64,000 bases of DNA. Origin: the human T2T-CHM13v2.0 reference genome, Homo sapiens. The translations under genes and the position numbers were made by a program. The notes under the pieces are model-generated. The model had not been told where the DNA came from and did not search any database. It worked only from the letters and a program-made list of their open reading frames with translations. Within the stretch, counting starts at the first letter, position 1; every line of letters starts with the position of its first letter. The stretch lies in assembly GCF_009914755.1 (NCBI RefSeq), contig NC_060926.1; one strand, 5' to 3'. Below, in pieces: positions 53,921-64,000 of the stretch.

Positions 53921-55075
53921 TTCAGATCCTTTCCCCACTTTTAAATGGGATGATTGGTTTCTCTGCTGTTGAGTTGTTTGAGCTCCTTGTATATATACTG
54001 GGTATCAGCCCCTTTTTGAATGAGGAGTTTGCACATATCTTCTTCCATTTAACGGGTTGTCTCTTCGCTCTGTTGATTGTTTCCTTTGCTGGGCAGTAGC
54101 TGTTGAGTGTGATATAGTCCCATTTGCTCAACATCACTAATCAGGAAAGTGCAAATCAAAACCACAGTGAGATAGCATCTCACCCCAGTTAGCATGGCTA
54201 TTATCAAAAAGACAAAAAATAACGAATGCTCACAAGGATGTGGATAGAAGGGAACTCTTAAACACTGTTGGTGGGAATGTGAATTAGTACAGCTATTATG
54301 GAAAACAGTATGGAGATTTCTTAGAAAACTAAAAATAGAACTAGCATACAATCCAGCAATCCCACTACTGCTTATTTATCCAAAGGAAGGGAAATCAGGA
54401 TGTCAAAGGGATACCTGCATCTCCATGTTTATCACAGCACTATTCACAGGAGTTGAAATATGGAACCAACCTAAGTGTCCATCAATGGATAAATGAATGA
54501 AGAAAATGTGATATATACACAATGGAGTACTATTCAGACATAAAAAAGAATGAATCCTGTCATTTGTGGCAACGTGGGTGGAATAGGAGGTCATTATGTT
54601 AAGTGAAATAAGCCAGGCACAGAAAGACAAATATCACGTGTTCTTACTCATATGTGGGAGCTAAAAATATTGATTTCATGGAGGTAGAGAGTAGAATGGT
54701 GGTTACCAGAGCTGGGAAGGGTAGAGGGGAGAGGAGGATGAAGAGAGGTTGGTTAATGGGTACAAACATACAGTTAGATGAAAGGAATAAGTTCTAGCGT
54801 TTGATAGCACAGTAGAATGATTATAGTTAACGGCAATTTATTATAAATTTCAAAATAGTTAGAAGAGAAGATTTGAAATGTTCCCAACACAAAGAAATGA
54901 TAACTGTTTGGGGTGATGGATATGCTAATTACCCTGATTTGATCATGGTATGCATGATATTTTGATAAATGCAAATATATACGTTTATCAGAATATTACA
55001 TGCACCCCATAAATATGTATAATTAATATGTCAATAGAAAAATAAAAAATACGAAAGACAGTAAAAAAAAAATAA
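53921..55075 (+). mobile_element. L1MA-type 3' end with inverted 5' segment (53921-~54126 minus; ~54125-55075 plus)
   Basis: L1 ORF2 end and 3'UTR motifs (tggaaccaacctaagtgtccatcaatggataaatg; aagtgaaataagccaggcacagaaagac), A-rich tail. Confidence 0.85.
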
Positions 55076-56024
55076 GCTGGAGCTCTGTGTATACTCTAAC
55101 CTTGCCTAGAGGAAGGTGCTGAGCCAGAGGCTTTGTAGGAAGGCAAAGTACCGGAGGGCTTGGGATGTGCTGCTTTGGGGGCCACTCAGCCTTTTCCATT
55201 TAGTCTAAGGCATTTACTAAGTGATTCATATAGCATTGAGGCATTTTCAAAGATAGTGGTCCTGGGAGGCAGAGCTGATACTACTGGGTTGGGGATTATG
55301 TCATAGCAGGATTTTCATTGAGTGAATAGCTAATTACAGATATGCATTATGTGAGCTATTTAAAGAAAACGAGCCTAATTCCCACCCTGCACCTCCCAGC
55401 TCCCCACTAAACAAAAAAGTCTAGAAGAGTTAGGGGCACTGACCTGTATATTCTGAGCAGGGAAGTAAGGCGTATTCCTTGCTCATGGGATGACCCTCTG
55501 GGGGATCCTGAGAGAAGAATTGGTGAGTCTTTCTTGCTTTCACTGGCACCTGTCCGTAAGTCCTAGAAAGGCCCTAATTGCTTGGAGTTGTATATTTGGC
55601 GAGCTTTATATAGGGAACTGATGGATGAGTGTGGACTTGTAGAAACTTGGACTCCTAGCGCTTGGCATGCAGTCTCAGATAGGAAGAGAAGAGAGACAGA
55701 GAAGACAGCATCTTCCTAGGCCAAGAGGGAGTTTAACCCTGCTTGTCATGAGTAGGAACCTGTTGGCTTAAAATAGTGGTGGTAGCTCATCAATAGGCAA
55801 GTGAATGAGGAGAGGCAGCCCCCACACGTGTAATGCAAGAGATGCATGAATGGGGATGTAGTGAGAGTTCATTGATAAATTTAACGTCTTATGGTAAATG
55901 ACCACCCGAGAGACGGGACTCAGGAGAGACTGGATTGACTTAGTCATTGATTAAAGGCTAATGCATTTTTCATGGCTACCCAGATGCATTTTCTAATTGG
56001 TGATGACATCACTGTGTGTTCCAG

Positions 56025-56151
56025 GGTAAAGCATGAATCATCCTCCAGTGATGAGGAGCGCGCAGCTGCCAAGCCATCAAACGCAGGCCACCTCCCTCTT
56101 CTGCCTAATGTCAGCTACAAGAAGACTCTCCGGCTGACTTCCGAGCAGCTT
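56025..56151 (+). CDS. LPIN1: Lipin-1 CE13 (VKHESSSSDEERAAAKPSNAGHLPLLPNVSYKKTLRLTSEQL)
   Basis: C-LIP start motif YKKTLRLTSEQL; 127 nt; CTT|gtgagt donor. Confidence 0.97.
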
Positions 56152-57540
56152 GTGAGTCTCCCATGCTTGGCGCGGCTGTGTTGTGAGCACATGAGGTTTC
56201 TGCAGACTCCTAAGGCTGTGTGATGGTTGGGATGTGCCCGTTACTTGTCACCTTTCATCCCAGGGGGCCTGCAATCCCTCAACTGGGTACCCGCTGTTTC
56301 CACCCCAACTCCAGCACTATCCAGGCTGGGTCCCCAATATGACCTTGCCTTTTGTCTTCTCCTTTTGCTGGCCTGGCCCTGGAGGATCTAGTTTACTAGA
56401 GTTAGGAGGAAGGCAGCCTGGCGGAGCTAATTCGTCCTAAGGTGTCAATCACAGATAGACTTGAAAATCACTCAAGGGTGTTTTTGCTTCAAGAGAGAGA
56501 TGTTTGTTAACTCAAATGCATCTCTTAAGTTGGTGGAAATCAAGCAGTTGTGATAGAATTTAGAGAATTTCAGGTAACCAGGGGCATCACCTGGTCATGG
56601 TGTCCTTTTATTTTTCTGTGTGTGAGACCAGTTTTAATTAAAAGCCCTTTCTTGGATCCCGTTGGTCATGGCCAGTGAGCACCTGTCCTTGCTTTTTTGT
56701 GAATCAAGTCTTGTGCATTTCTCCTAAGAGTTAGTGGGGAGCCTGGCTCAAGTGTGAGGGTGTTTACTAGGAAAAGATAAGGAAGAGGCCCAGACACCCA
56801 CTCAGGCCATGTGTGGGACCCTGCAGCCTGGGGGTCTCTGTGTGACTCACTGCTCCCACTGGCGACACTGGGGACACCTGCAGTCAGGCAGCCTGGGGGT
56901 CTGAATGGCCAGCTGGTGTGCACCAGGAGTCCTGGCACAGAGACTCAAAACTGCTCAAAAGTCACTTTGTATTTTGAATTTGGTGTGATTTCTTTGGGTC
57001 TAGACTATATTCTTCTGGATATGAGGCATGACTGATAACCAAGACTTCTCTTTTTCCAATTCGTGTCAGTATAATAATAATTTAAAAACATGGTTATTTA
57101 GGGAAATGTATTTTCACACTTGGCTTAAATTTGTCTCCCTGAATGATGATCTTCCTATTTAGTCCTAGAGTGGTAAGTGTATCCTATTCCAAACTTGTGA
57201 TTTATTACGCCGTGTAGCCCCGTCATTGAATCCTGGCTAATGACTGTAATCTGAAAATACTTGATCAAATTAGCACTATCCTGGGAAGTAGAACAACTCT
57301 GTAGCAAGTAGGCAAGTTGCATTACAAGGGGGCCTGAGAGAGCTGAGGTTTCATTTTGCCTGTCCAGCCCCGGAAAGAACCAGAACAAGGAAGGGTGGGG
57401 AAAGAAAGAATTATACAAGGGCCCAGGGCAGTCACTTGTTTTTAAAGCCGAATCCTGCTTCTCATAGAACAGAAGCCAAATGCCCATCAATCAGGGCCTT
57501 TCCCTCAAGCAGACAAATACTAATGGTTCATGTTTTTCAG

Positions 57541-57689
57541 AAAAGCTTGAAGTTGAAGAATGGCCCCAACGACGTGGTTTTCAGTGTCACCACGCAGTAC
57601 CAAGGCACGTGCCGCTGTGAGGGCACCATCTATCTGTGGAACTGGGATGATAAAGTCATCATTTCTGATATTGATGGGACAATTACCAG
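57541..57689 (+). CDS. LPIN1: Lipin-1 CE14 (C-LIP; HAD catalytic motif DIDGT, D678, at 57667-57681)
   Basis: [22 protein letters not shown]...[11 protein letters not shown]; 149 nt. Cumulative codon count places the first Asp at 678. Confidence 0.99.
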
Positions 57690-58187
57690 GTAGGTCCTGC
57701 TGACTTGGGGCCCATGGTAGATTTCTTTGCTTCACCGTGGGGGTCTCTGGGCCTGGTGTTGGCACCTCTGCTCTCCTCATGGGACTTGCACGGTTCGAAT
57801 TCTGGTGCAGTTGGAGCTCCTTACGTAGTTTCAGCTCCTTGGTGGCAATCATTGTGTTTAGGGCTTAGTTGTTTCCTTCTGGGGTATTATTATCTCTTCG
57901 ACTTGGTTGCTTCTGTGGGGGCTTCTCAAGAACGTCTTTTTGAATGGCCTTTACCTTTGATTGAACAAGCCGGTCACCTCGATGCATGATCAGACTGGAG
58001 GCGTCCTTCTGTGGATTACCTGTCCCTCCGTCAGCATCAACTTTGATGACTTGAGCCTTGGGCTTTCTATCCAGAAAGAAAGTTGTGGGTCTTGTTTGTG
58101 TTTTTTTTTTTTTTTTATGAGGCATGAATGGTGCAATGAATCTGAAAGGGATTTTTACTTTATTTTTCTCTTTTCCTCTTCATTTAG

Positions 58188-58274
58188 ATCAGATACTCTT
58201 GGCCACATTTTGCCCACCCTTGGGAAGGATTGGACCCATCAGGGCATCGCTAAGCTGTACCATAAAGTGAGCCA
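58188..58274 (+). CDS. LPIN1: Lipin-1 CE15 ([28 protein letters not shown]; LxxIL coactivator motif at 58198-58212); last exon in window
   Basis: ttag| acceptor, CA|gtgagt donor, 87 nt. Confidence 0.98.
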
Positions 58275-59576
58275 GTGAGTACAGAGTTCCTGTTTCCCGC
58301 CTCCTGTGAACGCTGGTGTGTGCACCGCACTCTGCATATGGAATCTTTCCTGTCCCAGCACGGGGTGACTTGCAGAGAGGGCTGCACCTCAACCAGGGAG
58401 GGGCAGTGGGGGTCAGGGGTAGCAGTGGAGTCCAGAGTGAAAGTGAATCCCAGCAACTCCAAATTTGAATTCAATACCAAGAAACAAGGGGCGAAGTATA
58501 GGGGAATTGATTACTAGGAGAACACAGATGGTGGCAGCATTAGGGGTGAGACTGAGGTTTAGTTCATCCCGAGGGATGGCAGAGGTAGCCAGTTGAAGAA
58601 ATAGGAGCTTATATGTTATATATGCCAAGTGATTTTCTGTAGACTAAAAAGTTGCAGATTCCAGGCAAGTTTTGGCGGCGTTGCAGACCCTGCGAGCCAA
58701 CCAGCAGGGCACATCATGTCTACCTGGTCTGTGGAGTGCTCCAGCAAGTGGCCCAAAACAGAACAGTGCCCACCGTGGGACCCTCAGCCCCAGACATCAG
58801 ATGGGAGAGGGGTTCTCCGACTGCTCTCCTGTGCTGGGTACATGGGTTACTTCACTTATATCTTACAGAGATTCTGAAAAGCACATAATATCATTTCTGT
58901 ATTTAGATGAGTGAAATTAACTAGGAGAACTAAAGTGATTTATCCAAATTCTCATTGCTCTCGTCTGCCTCCAGGGTTCAGAGCCCTGCAGGGATTCTCC
59001 ATGCCCCGCCCCTTCCGAAACACCCCCATTCTAGCTTGCCAGGCCCAAGCCTCTCTCCCGCTCAGTCATGCCTCCTCCAGCCTTTTGTGGCCTAGAGTCT
59101 CCCATGCGAGTGAAATCTCCCCCTCCACAGCATTCTGTTCTCCAGCCAGTTAGAGCTGGAAGGTGCCTCTGCCTGAATCAGGACAGTGCGGTCTCTCCGT
59201 GGGTGAGGTGGGTGAGCAAGTTACATTCACACTTAGTGAGTGTCAAGATAGTGTCAAGACGGAAGTGTCAGGCCCATGGTTCCCAACCTTGTTTGCTCAT
59301 CTCTAGCCCACAGTGGTGATGGTAGGGAATGGGCCACCATCCAGAGCTGTTTCTAGAACTCTGTGAACACAGATGAATGAACTGTATTTCCCTGCCCTGC
59401 ATCCGTTCATCCATCCAGCATTCCTTGAGTGCCTGTTAGTGCCTCATCCTAGGGCAGGTGCCTGGGATTGCTATGAACTAGGTAAGTCTCTGACCTGGGA
59501 CTTTATGATCCAGTAGAAAAATGGCGGCTTGGAGAGAGAACCTTAATCCTGGTGGGATTAAAAGCTTCAGATTTTG

Positions 59577-59700
59577 TTGGGCACATGTCGATAGTCCCAG
59601 CTATTTGGGAGGCTGAGGCGGGAGGATTGCTTGAACCCAGGAGTTCGAATCCAGCCTGGGCAACATAGTGAGATTCCCCCCCATCTCTCTAAAAAAATAA
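59577..59700 (+). mobile_element. FLAM-type Alu monomer
   Basis: Single arm with ggaggattgcttgaacccaggagttcg; flanking direct repeat aaaagcttcagat. Confidence 0.75.
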
Positions 59701-60079
59701 GTATGTACATTAAAAAAGCTTCAGATGTCATCTTAGATGCCCAAGCTCATTGGTTTGACTTTACTTTTCTAGATTTCATCTTTAAAAAATTATTAATACA
59801 AAAGTTATGCATACTTCTTAAGACATAAAAATACTAATAAAAGAGGCTGAGATTATGGAAACAGTAAAGCGCAGAGGTTGTATCACCCTCCTGCCTGCCC
59901 TTGCTGCAAGCTATTCCCTTCCTTAAAAGTAGAACTACTATGAACAGTTTGGTTCTATCTTGCTGAATTTCAAAAACTTATTTACATCCCCACACACATA
60001 CACTCACATTATTTAATTATTCATCATATCTTTTTTGTTTCATTTTATGTAATATTTACCTTACTCTTTTTGCTACTGG

Positions 60080-60385
60080 GCAGAATCCTGTCGTCTAGAT
60101 ACACCATACTTTCTTTAACTCGCCCTCTATTGATGAACGTGTAGGTAGTTGCCACTTTTTCCCCTATTGCCAACAGTGATGCAGTAAGCGTTCATAGACA
60201 ATGCTTATGATATATAATGCATGTATAAATAAATAAAGAAGGCACACACACTTAGGGAAGTCCCGCTGTAAAGTAGATTCCCAGGAGTAGAATTGCTGGG
60301 TCAAAGGATGAGCACATTTAAAGCTTTGATCAATATTGCCGAATTGCCCTCTCAAAAGGTTATCCCAGTCTGTGCTGCTGTAGGT
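60080..60385 (-). mobile_element. Old L1M fragment
   Basis: ctattgatgaacgtgtaggtagttgccac...agattcccaggagtagaattgctgggtcaaagg. Confidence 0.55.
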
Positions 60386-61709
60386 GGCGTATGTGCAGCG
60401 TCGCCTCCCCACAGCCTCACCACGGGCTGACCTTTCATTTAGAAGGATTAATCTACTCATGAGGTGCCTTGACTTGTGTGACACTGAAAATTGCATCTAT
60501 TTTTAGTTGAAGGAAAGAAACCCTCATGGGTCAGGATGTTGAGTAGTGCACAGCTGATTCATTTGGTTTTTGGAACATAAATCTATTTCTGTCCTTACTG
60601 TAACATTAAACAAGCCCTGTTGCTTTTTAATTTTTTTTTTTTTTTTGGTCTTGATTTGTCTCTTGGTTTTCTCAGAAGAGAGATCTTCTTGAAAAATAAA
60701 GCTGTGTGGCTTACTGAAGAACCCCTGACCATTCTTTTCTTTGATTGGTTGGTTTAGAATGAGTGAAACCTGTTTGTCTGGACCCGCAGATACTGCCCGG
60801 AGCATGATGTGACGTGGAGACCCAAACCTTTGCCTGCTCATTGAGTTGGATATGTGTGTTGTCCGCGCACCCAGTCAGGCCTGTGTGATTTGCAGGATGG
60901 CCAGGGCTTCTGAAAACCCATCTTCAGGGCAGCTTTCTACAACCTTCAGGGCTCCCTGCTCAGCACTGTAGGAGGAGGTGCCAGCTCCTTGATGTGGCAT
61001 TTGAAACCTGGCACTTTCAGGTCCCAGTCTTCTGCCAAGCCCTTATTTTCAGCTGCTGTTTCTCAGCCCTTCCTGCTCTAATCCAGCGACTCTGTTCCTC
61101 CTCTGCACTCCATTCCCTTCTTCCTGCCTTTGCTCATGTGGCGGCCTCAGCTTGACATGGCTTCCCCTCTGATTTTCGCTTCTCCATATTTTTATAGCCT
61201 TTAATGCCTGGCTCAAATGCCACAGTCCTCAGGCCACAATCTGTGACCCTAGTCAGCTCTGGTCTCTTCCCCGTCCCCGGACTTGCTGGACTCTATGTGG
61301 ATATCGGAGGGCTTGGGCCTGGCTTGTTGGCCTCGGTCCCCATCATGGAGGACAGTCTGGACACGATGGCAGCCTCCAGAGCCAACCACTGATGAAAGTA
61401 ATTCCCATCCTAGCAGGCTCTCTCAAGCCTCCTCACACGAGGGCCTTAGCAGCCACCACTGGGAGACCTGTCAGGCTAAGAATTGACCAAGGCTTGTGAC
61501 CCACTGTTCTAGTGACTCCCATCATACTTTTGAATCTGTATTGTGATTTCTAGAGAAACAGAGAAATGATTCTCATGCTAGGGTACCAGGGAAAAGATGC
61601 CGTTTACATGAGGGTTTGTGGACTTTTTCCTGATTTTGCTTCCCTTAAATTTGGGTACGACTTACATTTTATGCACTGTAGTATTTGTCTAATGAAAAAG
61701 CCAATCTTC

Positions 61710-62096
<387 letters not shown>

Positions 62097-62417
62097 TTAA
62101 TGACTTGTTTGGATCTAGTCAGCCCATGAGGAATGATCCATAAGGCTAATTGTCACCTTGTTCATAGAGAGGGTATAAAGCTGGCTTGAGTATTGATGAA
62201 ACAGAACAAATGCAAATGGAAGATACAGGAACCCCTTTCAGATTCAGGTGCATTCAAAACTAGAAGGAAAGTCAAGAAGGACTGTTGCCTAAAAGATCTA
62301 GATCATTCAGCTAATGGGTCCTTTGAGGCCTAAATTTGGGCAATAATTGTTTGAATTTTTGACCTTATTTCATACATGCTTTTATATTCATGTAACCAGA
62401 AGCCAGTGTCTTTGTGA

Positions 62418-62951
<534 letters not shown>

Positions 62952-63740
62952 TAGGATGGAAGGTCTGATCAGGAGTCGGGCCAGGATCCCAGAAGCGGCA
63001 GCCATTAGCTCACCCTGGGCCCTGGGACCGAGTACCTTCCCCACTCTGAGCTTTGTTTTCCTCTTCTGTAAAATGAGATTAGGCTAGATGACCCCTGAGG
63101 TCACTGCTAACCCAGGAATGCTCTGCTCCTGGCTGTGTGGATTGCACAAGGGTGTGTTTTGTTTTTCCAAGCCAAACCTCAGTCCAAACTCAGAGGGAGC
63201 CCCTAGACTCTGGTTGCACCAGGAGCTGTCCTAGGTGCCGTCGGGGGTGCTGAGCAGTCTCTCCCTTCAAGAAGCTTGTGGTCTTGTGGGAGGAGACACT
63301 TAGGGCTCCCTGTAATAAGGCAGTGAGGGGCAGGTCGAGTGTGAAAGATGTTGGTTTTTGTTGGACATACATCAGGAAGTTAATTTTGATTGACCAGAGG
63401 TGTCAGAGGAGGCCCCTGTGAGAAGGTGGCACTCAGCTGAGTCTCCATGGAGGAGCAGGGTTTCAAAGGAGAGGAAAGCTCACCACAGGTGGAAGTAGGA
63501 GCGAGAGGGGAGGCTGGGAGACGAGCAGGTACTGGGTGGGCTCACTGAAAGGGAGACTCCGGTGCAGACGGTGGGGTGGGTAAAAGATGAAGCAGGAAAG
63601 TAGGCAGGAGCCAGGTTGCAGAGCGCCTGGGAGGCAACTCACCAAGCCTGAGTGGTGCTGAGCCTTCCTTTCTCAAGGTGGCTTGTGACCCTCTCTCCCC
63701 TTAGGATGGCAGATGGGGCCACAGAGTCCTTTTTCTCTAC

Positions 63741-63932
63741 AGCAGTGGCTCTCAACTGACGGACATATGGCAGTGTCCAGAGATGCTTTTGATGGACATA
63801 AAGGGGCATGCTGTTGACTCTTAGTGGGTGGACCCGGGATGGTGCCGCATATCTGATGAGGTGGCATCGTGGGGGCCTCGGTCCCCAACAGACACTCCTC
63901 CAATCTCAGATGTCAGTGTTGAGAAACTGCAG
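63741..63932. mobile_element. MER20-like hAT element
   Basis: cagtggctctcaac...ggcagtgtccagagatgcttttg...gtgttgagaaactgc. Confidence 0.6.
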
Positions 63933-64000
63933 TCTAGAAGCTTGCAAAATGCTCCCGAAGGTAATCTTTCCAAACTATTTAAATCTCCCCGAGTCAGTGT

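Noticed and set aside
58264-58280. Alternative donor AAA|GTGAGC 8 nt upstream of the CE15 donor
   Set aside because: Weaker than CA|GTGAGT and out of frame. No further support from the sequence.

Overview
This is human genomic DNA, shown by an AluYa5, an SVA and AluY/S/J elements. It covers most of LPIN1 (lipin-1, Mg2+-dependent phosphatidate phosphatase and transcriptional coactivator) on the + strand. The window opens in the 3' edge of a CpG island in intron 1; the non-coding first exon is upstream and not visible. It contains 15 constitutive coding exons (labelled CE1-CE15 here) that splice in frame from ATG 18680 to c.2141 (codon 714). It also holds the two cassette exons for lipin-1beta (108 nt) and lipin-1gamma (78 nt). 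The last coding exons lie beyond the window. Introns carry the Made1-derived MIR548S hairpin, a full-length antisense SVA, about 15 Alus, L1/L2/MIR/LTR/MER fragments and several tandem repeats. Almost all entries in the ORF track are spurious. The most unusual signal is a ~205-bp, ~95% identical inverted duplication (30930-31133 / 36610-36814) that I cannot assign to a repeat family. It brackets CE5-CE6 and interlocks with an inverted Alu pair. Other leads are a stop-free exon circle containing the start codon, a candidate poison micro-exon, splicing-regulatory motif clusters around the beta and gamma exons, an indel-free 37x10-bp VNTR, and a microsatellite fold-back palindrome. All coordinates were counted by hand. 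Repeat boundaries and subfamily names are approximate and from recall.
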